DNA from: an uncultured virus (IMG/VR IMGVR_UViG_3300024933_000029)
Taxonomy: Duplodnaviria > Heunggongvirae > Uroviricota > Caudoviricetes
Direction: 5' to 3' (one strand)
Virus record (IMG/VR): IMGVR_UViG_3300024933_000029
Coordinates: 52,401 to 72,400 of that record
Length of the DNA: 20,000 nt
The notes beneath the pieces are model-generated. The model did no database searches and was not told the origin of the DNA. It was given only the letters and a program-made list of their open reading frames with translations. The translations under genes were made by a program, and so were the position numbers. The first letter of the stretch is position 1. Each line of letters starts with the position of its first letter. This document shows, one piece after another, positions 9,332 through 17,113 of the stretch.

Positions 9332-11236
9332 ATGGACGGAGTATCAGTGGGCCGCATATCGGGCGGCGTTGTCATGCAGACAACAAGGACATCGACAAGC
9401 TCGTCTTCGACGCACAGCCGGTCCAGCTATCAGACAAGCAAGACGCAGGACACCGTGCGCCACCTGTTGACCGATGACGGCCAGGGCACGTTCGGCCCGG
9501 ACGGCACCATCAACTACGCGGGCAAGTTCCTCAACATCAAGTTCGTCCAACTGGACAGCAAGACCGAGGGCTACAACAGCGACTACGAAAACGCCCAGAG
9601 TTTTGAAGAGACCACGATGGGCGGCGGCGGTAGTGACCCGAGCTTTTCGACGGTCTCCAAGGGCGGTGATCGCAGCGATACCTCGGTCAGCGAAGAACTG
9701 CTGGCGGCGAGCACCGTAACGGTGACCTATGCCGAGGACTTCGCCAGTGCCCAGCACCACACAATGAATTTCACGCCCGAGCCGGTGGTGCTGGACCTGT
9801 GTCCCTACACCACCGACTACATCGTGCCGGGCAGCGTGCGGTTTCGGTGGATGGGTCATGTCTACGAGGACTACGACGGCGTGCTTGTGCGCGACCGCAC
9901 GTCCACGGCGCTGGGCTTCGTGGCCGGCGCGCTGGACTACTCTAGCGGTGTGGCGCGGATCTTCGACTATGTGGTCGATGGCCCGGCCACCGACCTGGTG
10001 GTCGAGAGCCTGTGGACCGTGCGCCAGAACTGGACCACGGCCAGCATCTTCATGCGCACGGCCGCCGCGCCCATCAAGCCCAGCGGCTTCGTGATGAACC
10101 TCTCCGATGCCACTGGCGAGCAGATCACGGCTTCGGCTGGCATCGACGGCGTTATCTCGGGCACGCACCTGCGCGGCAAGATCGACTACCAGAGCGGCGT
10201 GGTCGAGCTGCAGTTTGGCGACTATGTGTTGGACACCTCGCTGACCCCTGCCCAGAAGACCGAATGGTGGTACTCGGCCGATGATATCGGTGCCGTGCAG
10301 CCGAACCGCATCTGGCGCCCCTGGCCCGTGGACCCGACCACGCTGCGCTACAACAGCGTCAGCTACTTCTATTTGCCGCTGGACGCGGACGTGATCGGCC
10401 TGGACCCCGTGCGGCTGCCGCCCGATGGTCGCGTGCCCATCTACCGCGTGGGCAGCTACATCGTGATCGGCCACACCGGGACGGTCGGCCCCGTCACCGT
10501 AACCAACGGCCAGGTCATCAATTGTGGCCGCGTGCGGCTGTCACGGGCCTATGTCATCGGCGCCGATGGCCAGCGCATCCAGCATGGCTGGAGCGTGGAT
10601 CTGGAGGCCGGCAAGATCACGGTCAGCGACATCTCGGGCTGGGCCCAGCCCGTGACCTTCCAGCACCGCATCGAGGAGATGGCGCGCGTCAGCGATGTGC
10701 AGATCAACGGCATGCTGGCGATCACCAAGCAGCTGAGCCACGAGTTTCCCGTGGGCAGCGTGGTCTCCAGTGCGCTGATGGCAGGAACGCTGCGCGCCCG
10801 CGTCAGCCTGATGTTTGACCAGGCCACTTGGCAGAGCAGGTGGCAGGACACGGTCGACGGCCCCGAGGCCTTGGCCAGCTACAACGACACCATCGCGCCC
10901 CTGGTCGTCACAAATGCCGGCGCGCTGCCCGAGCGCTGGATGTGCCGTTTCTTGAGCGCCACGACCTTTGAATTCATCGGCGAGCACGTGGGCAATCTGG
11001 GCACTGGTTCCACCAACGTCGATTTCGCGCCCATCAACCCGATCAGCGGCGTGCCCTACATCACCATCCGCGCCCTCGGCTGGGGCCAGGGGTGGAGCGC
11101 GGGCAACGTGCTGCGCATCAACACCGAGGGCGGCATCGCCCCCCATGCCCTGATCCGCACCGTGCAGCCCAGCGAGGCCGTGGCCGACGACTACCAGTTC
11201 GAGCACCTTGTGCGCGGCAGCGTCGACCGACCCTGA
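9332..11236 (+). CDS. Tail tip/baseplate structural protein, C-terminal part (634 aa)
   Basis: AAGGGGG RBS before ATG 9332. Continues the same GxI(N/D)Y repeats and ends ...GWSAGNVLRINT...VRGSVDRP. Confidence 0.75.
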   Translation: MDGVSVGRISGGVVMQTTRTSTSSSSTHSRSSYQTSKTQDTVRHLLTDDGQGTFGPDGTINYAGKFLNIKFVQLDSKTEGYNSDYENAQSFEETTMGGGGSDPSFSTVSKGGDRSDTSVSEELLAASTVTVTYAEDFASAQHHTMNFTPEPVVLDLCPYTTDYIVPGSVRFRWMGHVYEDYDGVLVRDRTSTALGFVAGALDYSSGVARIFDYVVDGPATDLVVESLWTVRQNWTTASIFMRTAAAPIKPSGFVMNLSDATGEQITASAGIDGVISGTHLRGKIDYQSGVVELQFGDYVLDTSLTPAQKTEWWYSADDIGAVQPNRIWRPWPVDPTTLRYNSVSYFYLPLDADVIGLDPVRLPPDGRVPIYRVGSYIVIGHTGTVGPVTVTNGQVINCGRVRLSRAYVIGADGQRIQHGWSVDLEAGKITVSDISGWAQPVTFQHRIEEMARVSDVQINGMLAITKQLSHEFPVGSVVSSALMAGTLRARVSLMFDQATWQSRWQDTVDGPEALASYNDTIAPLVVTNAGALPERWMCRFLSATTFEFIGEHVGNLGTGSTNVDFAPINPISGVPYITIRALGWGQGWSAGNVLRINTEGGIAPHALIRTVQPSEAVADDYQFEHLVRGSVDRP

Positions 11237-11253
11237 TTTTTTGGAGATCACCC

Positions 11254-12438
11254 ATGGCATCCCTTGTCGATACCAGCGTCAAGCACTTTCTCTCAACCAT
11301 GTATGGGGCGCCCGTGCAGGCCGGCCAGGTCGGCAGCAAGCTCGCCGTGCTCGACGCCTGCCTGGTCACGGGCTTCGGCCTGCGCGCAGCCACGCGCATC
11401 ACCGTGGTGGCCGGCGTGGCCACAGTGGAATTCACAGCGGGCGCGTCTCTCCCGCCTCCACCCGACAGCGTGCTGCTGATTGATGGCGCCGCGCAGGCCC
11501 TGCTCAACGGCGAGCAGCGGGTGTCCGAGTCTGCCAGTGGCCTTTTCCGGTTTCGCACTGCTGCGCCTGACAGCGTGGACACCGGCGCGGGCATCACTTT
11601 CAAGTACGCGCCGCTGGGCTGGGCCAAGCCGTTCTCTGGGACCAACCAGGCTGTGTATCGGTCCACTGATCCGCAAAGCTACGGCATGTACCTCTATGTG
11701 GATGACCGAGACACTCGCACGACCGCCATGCGCGGCTACGAGAGCATGTCGGCCATCGATGTGGGGCAAGGGCCGTTTCCTACTGCCGCCCAGCAGGCTG
11801 TGGGTCTGTATTGGGGCAAAAGCACAGTTGCAAGCGCGGCGGCGGTGCGGTGGTGCCTGGTCGGTGACACGCGCTTTTTCCTCGAGAACGTTGCCCCGGG
11901 CTCGGCGACTGGGGCGACAAACACCGCAGGCGGCAGTCGCGCCTTTGGCGATTTGCTGGCGCTACGCCGGGCGGGCGACGCATTCGCCACTATGTTGATG
12001 GGGGCACCGATTCTCTCCGATGGCTACGGAACTCCAAACCTCGGTGGGCTTGAGCAAACCACCAATGCGACCAGGTTGTATTTGCCGAGGGCATTGACGG
12101 CCCTGGGCGGTGCGGTTAATCCGCGCTATGCCAGTTTCATAGGTTCGGGAACTTCAGGGAGCGATTCGTTTTTGGGAAATTTTCCCAGTGACGTAGACGG
12201 CGAACTCAAGCTCACACGCATGTACGTGGACAACAAGCCGATCTCGTCGGATGTTCCTCGTGCGTTGATACCCGGCTTCCGATATGTGCCTCAAGCAAAT
12301 ACCGCTCCTTACTTCGAGCGCGACTCCTATTTGCTTGAAGAGGGTACAGGCAGGCGCTTGTTGGCATTGCCGCAGTCGTCGTCCGCGACGGTGCCCGCTG
12401 GCTACGGGTTCGTCGACATCACAGGCCCGTGGCGGTGA
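11254..12438 (+). CDS. Putative tail fiber/receptor-binding protein, 394 aa
   Basis: GGAG RBS before ATG 11254 (MASLVDTSVKHFLSTMYGAP...VLDACLVTGFG). The C-terminal half has visibly more A/T-ending codons and ends DITGPWR. Confidence 0.6.
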   Translation: MASLVDTSVKHFLSTMYGAPVQAGQVGSKLAVLDACLVTGFGLRAATRITVVAGVATVEFTAGASLPPPPDSVLLIDGAAQALLNGEQRVSESASGLFRFRTAAPDSVDTGAGITFKYAPLGWAKPFSGTNQAVYRSTDPQSYGMYLYVDDRDTRTTAMRGYESMSAIDVGQGPFPTAAQQAVGLYWGKSTVASAAAVRWCLVGDTRFFLENVAPGSATGATNTAGGSRAFGDLLALRRAGDAFATMLMGAPILSDGYGTPNLGGLEQTTNATRLYLPRALTALGGAVNPRYASFIGSGTSGSDSFLGNFPSDVDGELKLTRMYVDNKPISSDVPRALIPGFRYVPQANTAPYFERDSYLLEEGTGRRLLALPQSSSATVPAGYGFVDITGPWR

Positions 12439-12839
12439 TGGCCATGGCGCAAGTCACGTACCCCGTCAGCGTGTTGGGACTGACCGCCGCGGTCGGCGTT
12501 GGTGGCCGGGACATCTATGCCAACATCGCCAGGCCGCTGCGGGTCCGAACGGCCGGGCAACTGGACTATGTCCTGGGCGGCAACGGCCTGGGGCGCGTGC
12601 GCGGCCGCACCGTTGAGCAAGAGGACAAGAACAGCCCCAAGGTGCCTGTCTCGCGCCGCGTGCGTCTGTACCGTGATCGCGACGGCATGCTGATCCGCGA
12701 GGCCTGGAGCAACACCCAGGGCGAGTATGACTTCCCGCGCATCGACAGCACCACCGCATACACGGTCCTGAGTTACGACCACGAGGGAGACTTCCGCGCC
12801 GTGGTGGCCGACCGCGTCACACCGGAGGCCATGCCATGA
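12438..12839 (+). CDS. Tail-associated protein with carboxypeptidase-regulatory/prealbumin-like fold
   Basis: TGATG overlap (alternative start 12444). Pattern VRGRTV...PVSRRVRLYRDRDG...WSNTQGEYDF. Confidence 0.6.
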   Translation: MAMAQVTYPVSVLGLTAAVGVGGRDIYANIARPLRVRTAGQLDYVLGGNGLGRVRGRTVEQEDKNSPKVPVSRRVRLYRDRDGMLIREAWSNTQGEYDFPRIDSTTAYTVLSYDHEGDFRAVVADRVTPEAMP

Positions 12840-13255
12840 CCCTGCGCGGCGTTGAAATCACCATGCCTGCGAACGAGGCCCGCCTGCAGGGGCTGCGCGA
12901 CCTGCTGCTGGACGTGGGCTCGGGCACGGCCTGCGTTCGGTTCTTCGCAGACGCCGAGCGGCCCGCCTTCGGAGAGGCCTCGGCCCTGCCCATGCTGGTG
13001 GAGCTGCCGCTGGCCAGGCCCTGCGGCGAGATCGTGGGCGGCCGGCTGCGGCTGCTGGCCCGCGATGCAGCAGGCGCCATGATCCTCGAGTCCGGCATTG
13101 CGACCTGGGGCCGCATCGTGTCGGCGGCGGGCGCGCTGGTGATGGACGTGGATGTGTCGGCTGAGGGCGGTGACGGCCAGATCCAGATCCCGGACAGCAC
13201 CCAGCTGTACGCGGGCGGCTACCTCACGCTGGCCCCGACCAGCTACATCGAGTAG
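12836..13255 (+). CDS. Hypothetical tail structural protein, 139 aa
   Basis: ATGA overlap, phage-like codon use and a GIATWGRIVSAAG motif. Confidence 0.6.
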   Translation: MTLRGVEITMPANEARLQGLRDLLLDVGSGTACVRFFADAERPAFGEASALPMLVELPLARPCGEIVGGRLRLLARDAAGAMILESGIATWGRIVSAAGALVMDVDVSAEGGDGQIQIPDSTQLYAGGYLTLAPTSYIE

Positions 13256-13258
13256 CCC

Positions 13259-15154
13259 ATGGCGATCATCGAGCTGATCTTCCGTCGCCCGCTGGCCGGT
13301 GGTTCGCCCAACGAGCTGGTGTTCGGCAATGAGGACGATTCGGGCTCGGGGCAGGACGCGGTCGCGCGGGCGGCCATCCGCCTGCCAGGCGCCCGCGTGG
13401 GCATCCGTGCCCTGCGGCGCAAGACAGCTGCCACTGCCATCCGGCTGCCTGGCGCGCGGGTCGCCCTCGGCGCTGTCTACCAGACGCGCACCGACCGGCC
13501 GGCCGTGGGCGGCACGTTGTCTGCCTTCCAAGAGGCCGCAGCTGCGCGTGGCGCCCTCGTGTCGGTCTACCAGCAGTCGGCCGTGGCCAGCAGCACCACG
13601 CGCATCGGTGGCGGGCAGGCCATGGCTGCCGGCGCGGCCACCGTGCACCGCTGGCAGGACTCACAGCGCCTGCGCCTGGACACGCGCCAGGGCATAGGCA
13701 ACGCCCTGGCCGTGGCTGGCATAACCGCCCAGGCCTGGCAGGAAGCCATCCGCGTCCACCTGGTCACGCGCCAGGGCATGGACAACGCCCTGGCCTCCCA
13801 GGCGGCTGTGCTGCAGCGATTCCAAGAAGCCATCCGCGTGCGCCGCGCCACCGTGCAGGCCTTCGTCGACGGTCTGCAGCGGTGTGCCTGGCACACCAGC
13901 AGCATGGGCGACGCCCTGCAGCTGGCCGTGGTCATGGGCGGTGCGCGGTATCAGGACGCCATGGTGCCGCCGCCGGGCATCACCCCGGGCCGGCCGGTCG
14001 ATCCCCCCAAACCACCGCCGTGCTATGTGCCGCCGCCTGGGGGCGCCGTGGAGTTGGTGTTCTCGCAGGCCTCGACCGCCAGCACCGAGCTGGTCTTTTT
14101 CTGCTGCAAGGGCGGCGTCAACCCCGAGCCGCCGCGCTATGTCATTCCGCTATTGAGGGTCTACATGACTGTCCACACCATTGATGCGGTGCTGCTGCCC
14201 AACTTGGAGCGCGTGCCGCTGCAAACCATCAGCATCACCACGAACGACGACGAGTACGGCTGGACCATGACGGCCTCGGGCAAGCTTTCGCTGCTGGACC
14301 AACTGGCGCCACGGCAGGGCGTGCCGCAGCAGATCCGCGTCACCATCGATGGCATACAGTGGGTGTTTCTGGTCGACCCACCATCGCGCACGCGCAAGTT
14401 TGGCGAGCATGCTGTTCAGCTCACCGGCCGCAGCATCACCTCGCTGCTGTCCGCGCCTGCGTTTGCGGATACGGACTGGACCAGCGCCGTGCCGCGCACT
14501 GCCCAGCAGCTGGTGCTCGATGCGCTCGACCTCACGGGCATCGGCCTGGATTGGCAGATCGACGACTGGCTGGTGCCAGAGAACGTGTGGAGCCACAGCG
14601 GCACGCCGTTGTCGGTGGCCCAGCGGATCGCAGAGGCTGCCGGCGCCGTGGTGCGCAGCCACAGGTCGGAGCCCCGGCTGCAGATCGCACCCCGTTTTCC
14701 CCATCTTCCGTGGGCCTGGGCCGGCGCGCCTGCAGACGTTGTCATGCCTGGGCAGATCATCACCGCCGACAGCCTGCAGCCGGCCCAGGCGGCCCACTTC
14801 AATGCCGTCTACATCGCAGGCACGGCGCCGGGGCGCCCATTGGGCCATGTCACGCGTGCAGGCTCTGCGGGCGACCGGCTCGCCCCACAGATCACGGATG
14901 CGCTGATCACTGAGGTAGTCGCGGCCCGGATGCGAGGGCAATCCGTGCTGGCCGCGTCGGCGATCACGCACCAGCAGCCCATCACGGTGCCTCTGCTCAC
15001 AGGCGGCACCCGGCCTGGGCTGATCCTGCCTGGCTACCTGATCGAGGTGCAGGAGCCTGAGGAGACGTGGCGGGGGCTGGTGCGAGGCATCACTGTTTCG
15101 GTCGACGCGCCGTCCATCCGTCAGGCCCTCGATGTCGAAAGGTCCATCGCATGA
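13259..15154 (+). CDS. Tail protein (putative hub-like C-terminal domain), 631 aa
   Basis: Starts 3 nt after the upstream stop. N-terminal repeats, a Pro-rich hinge, then a domain with AQQLV...LDWQIDDWLVP...PLSVAQRIAEAAG. Confidence 0.65.
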   Translation: MAIIELIFRRPLAGGSPNELVFGNEDDSGSGQDAVARAAIRLPGARVGIRALRRKTAATAIRLPGARVALGAVYQTRTDRPAVGGTLSAFQEAAAARGALVSVYQQSAVASSTTRIGGGQAMAAGAATVHRWQDSQRLRLDTRQGIGNALAVAGITAQAWQEAIRVHLVTRQGMDNALASQAAVLQRFQEAIRVRRATVQAFVDGLQRCAWHTSSMGDALQLAVVMGGARYQDAMVPPPGITPGRPVDPPKPPPCYVPPPGGAVELVFSQASTASTELVFFCCKGGVNPEPPRYVIPLLRVYMTVHTIDAVLLPNLERVPLQTISITTNDDEYGWTMTASGKLSLLDQLAPRQGVPQQIRVTIDGIQWVFLVDPPSRTRKFGEHAVQLTGRSITSLLSAPAFADTDWTSAVPRTAQQLVLDALDLTGIGLDWQIDDWLVPENVWSHSGTPLSVAQRIAEAAGAVVRSHRSEPRLQIAPRFPHLPWAWAGAPADVVMPGQIITADSLQPAQAAHFNAVYIAGTAPGRPLGHVTRAGSAGDRLAPQITDALITEVVAARMRGQSVLAASAITHQQPITVPLLTGGTRPGLILPGYLIEVQEPEETWRGLVRGITVSVDAPSIRQALDVERSIA

Positions 15155-15381
15155 TCATCAATCTCTTCCGCCGCCTGCAGCGGCTGCAAACCGAGCCACC
15201 AGTCCTCTATGCCACCCTGGTGGCACGCATCGGTGCCACGGCCCGCGTGGAGTTTCCCGGCGGTGGCACATCCATCGTCAACAACCCTCTGGCGATCGAG
15301 GCCGGCACGCCCGTATTCGTGCGAGACGGTGCAGTTACCGGGCCGGCCCCGGACCTCGTCTACACCCGTATCGACGTCTAG
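15151..15381 (+). CDS. Small tail protein (possible OB-fold spike), 76 aa
   Basis: ATGA overlap at 15151. ARVEFPGGGTSIV...GTPVFVRDGAVTG; last gene of the tail module. Confidence 0.6.
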   Translation: MIINLFRRLQRLQTEPPVLYATLVARIGATARVEFPGGGTSIVNNPLAIEAGTPVFVRDGAVTGPAPDLVYTRIDV

Positions 15382-15401
15382 ATCCGCACCCGCTTTTCAG
15401 C

Positions 15402-15434
15402 GCCCGCCGGGTGGCAACACCGGCGGGCTTTTTT
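15402..15434 (+). terminator. Rho-independent terminator
   Basis: GCCCGCCGG-gtggcaaca-CCGGCGGGC followed by TTTTTT. Confidence 0.85.
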
Positions 15435-15460
15435 GTGTCCATGAAGAAATGGAGTCCCCT

Positions 15461-16456
15461 GTGAATCCCCTCAAGCGTTGGCGGTGGTGGGCCGTGCTGG
15501 CCCTTCCCCTGGCTGTGATCGTCATCAACTCCCTCGGCCCCAACGGCTGGCGCGAGCCCGTGGTGCGTCTGCTGTGGCTGTCGTGGACCGCTGTGGCCGT
15601 GGCCGTGGCGCTGAGTGCGTCCAAGGCCATGGCCGACTATGCCCACGGCCGCGATGCATGGATCAAGGCCCTCGAGCACCCCATCGGCGCCGGCCTGGCC
15701 TTCCTGGCGCTGTGTGTGCTGCGTGGCGCCATGGTCGTGGCCATCGTCTGGGCATCGATGACGCAGTTTGCCCAGGCGGGCGAGGTGCCGGCGCGCCAGC
15801 CCGCCGGCCTGGCCCGCGCCGAGGCCATGGCGCCGATGGTGGTCGACGAGATCAACGCCCATTGGCCCAAGATCCCCCGCCGCAGCTACCTGGGTGCGCT
15901 GTTCGAGCAGGAGTCCTGCCGATCGCTATCGCACTCCATGTGCTGGTCCTCGACCGCGCGCCTGAAGACCTCACGGGAAGAGGGCGCCGGCCTGGCCCAG
16001 CTTACGCGGGCCTGGACAAAGACCGGCGCCCTGCGCTTCGACAGCCTGGACGAAGTGCGGCGCATGGCGCCGTCCGCGCTTGAGGATCTGGACTGGCAAT
16101 CCGTCTACGAGCGGCCCGAGCTGAGCGTGCGCGCGGCCATCATCAAGCTGCGCGGCTGCGATGCACGCCTGCAGGCGCTGTCGCCAGATCTCGATGCACT
16201 GGTGCGCGTGGCCTTCTGCGACGCAGCCTACAACGGCGGCTGGAGCCACCTCCAGCAGGACCGCCAGCTGTGCACGTTGCGGGCAGGCTGCGACGCCGAC
16301 CAGTGGTTCGGCCACGTCGAGCTGCACAGCGTCAAGAGCCGCGAGAAGTGGCAGGGCTACGGTCAAAGCGCCTACGACATCAACCGCGAGCACGTGCGCA
16401 ACACCGTGCCGCTGCAGTCCAGGCGTCTGAAGTACTTGCCGTGGCTGGGGGTGTAG
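15461..16456 (+). CDS. Endolysin (SLT-type lytic transglycosylase) with N-terminal 3-TM holin-like region, 331 aa
   Basis: GTG start 6 nt after GGAG (in-frame ATG at 15449 is an alternative). Three hydrophobic segments are followed by transglycosylase motifs FEQES, GLAQL and AYNGG. Confidence 0.8.
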   Translation: MNPLKRWRWWAVLALPLAVIVINSLGPNGWREPVVRLLWLSWTAVAVAVALSASKAMADYAHGRDAWIKALEHPIGAGLAFLALCVLRGAMVVAIVWASMTQFAQAGEVPARQPAGLARAEAMAPMVVDEINAHWPKIPRRSYLGALFEQESCRSLSHSMCWSSTARLKTSREEGAGLAQLTRAWTKTGALRFDSLDEVRRMAPSALEDLDWQSVYERPELSVRAAIIKLRGCDARLQALSPDLDALVRVAFCDAAYNGGWSHLQQDRQLCTLRAGCDADQWFGHVELHSVKSREKWQGYGQSAYDINREHVRNTVPLQSRRLKYLPWLGV

Positions 16457-16458
16457 CC

Positions 16459-16977
16459 ATGCTCGAAGCCATCAAGTCCAAGGCCTGGCAGGCCGGCGCC
16501 CTGGTGCTTGCCGTGCTGCTGGCCCTGCAGACCTGGCGCCTCCACACCGAGCAGCTCGCTCGCCAGCACCTGATCGCGGCCCAGGCGCAGCAAGTGGCCG
16601 GCCAGGCCGTCGCGAGTCTGACCTTGGAGCGAAAGCTCGCCACATCCGAATCCACCCACGCAACACGAACCCAGGAGGCATCCGATGCATTCACCCAGGC
16701 CCGCCCTGCGCGCGACGCTGTTGTGCGCGCTGATCTCGACCGTGTTGAGCGGCTGCGCCTCGCCGCCGAACGCAGCGCAGCCACTGCCCGGGCGCAAGCC
16801 CAGGCCAACGCCGCTGCCGGCCGCGATCTTGCAGATCGATACGGCGCCCTCGCTCAGCACGTTGCAAGCGGGGCAGCAGTGGTTGCAGGACTCCGAGCGG
16901 ATCTTGCACGTCGAGACGATGAAGTAGTGCTGCTGCGCACCCAGATCGACGTCGACCGGGGCCTGCTGGCCCCCTGA
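16459..16977 (+). CDS. Rz: Rz-like inner-membrane spanin (i-spanin), 172 aa
   Basis: One N-terminal TM (AGALVLAVLLALQTW) followed by coiled coil; directly after the endolysin. Confidence 0.8.
   Translation: MLEAIKSKAWQAGALVLAVLLALQTWRLHTEQLARQHLIAAQAQQVAGQAVASLTLERKLATSESTHATRTQEASDAFTQARPARDAVVRADLDRVERLRLAAERSAATARAQAQANAAAGRDLADRYGALAQHVASGAAVVAGLRADLARRDDEVVLLRTQIDVDRGLLAP
16685..16927 (+). CDS. Rz1: Rz1-like outer-membrane lipoprotein spanin (o-spanin) embedded in Rz, 80 aa
   Basis: +1 frame fully inside Rz, with a GGAGG RBS, a signal peptide with lipobox LSG-C and a Pro-rich mature region. Confidence 0.85.
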   Translation: MHSPRPALRATLLCALISTVLSGCASPPNAAQPLPGRKPRPTPLPAAILQIDTAPSLSTLQAGQQWLQDSERILHVETMK

Positions 16978-16989
16978 AAAAAAGAACGA

Positions 16990-17088
16990 GGCGACCGGGT
17001 CGGTGCTGTAACACCAACCAAGCCGCCGAACCCACAGAACGCGCCTGTGAGCCCAGCCGAGGCCCCGTCCACCTGTACAGGCGGGGGC
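16990..17088 (+). promoter_or_regulatory. Structured leader (three hairpins) upstream of the methyltransferase
   Basis: GGT-C-GGTG/CACC-A-ACC closed by GGCG/CGCC; CACAG/CTGTG; GCCCC/GGGGC enclosing CCTGTACAGG. Confidence 0.45.
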
Positions 17089-17113
17089 AATATATCAAAC
17101 TCTGGAGCCCATC

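Noticed and set aside
9001..9477. Overlapping ORF with apparently good codons (DNKDIDKLVFDAQPVQ)
   Set aside because: An artefact of reading Ser/Thr (NCN) codons one base off; the rest of the ORF is low quality.
11254..12839. Diversity-generating retroelement or shufflon acting on the fiber
   Set aside because: No reverse transcriptase, no duplicated template/variable repeat and no inverted alternative C-termini in the window.
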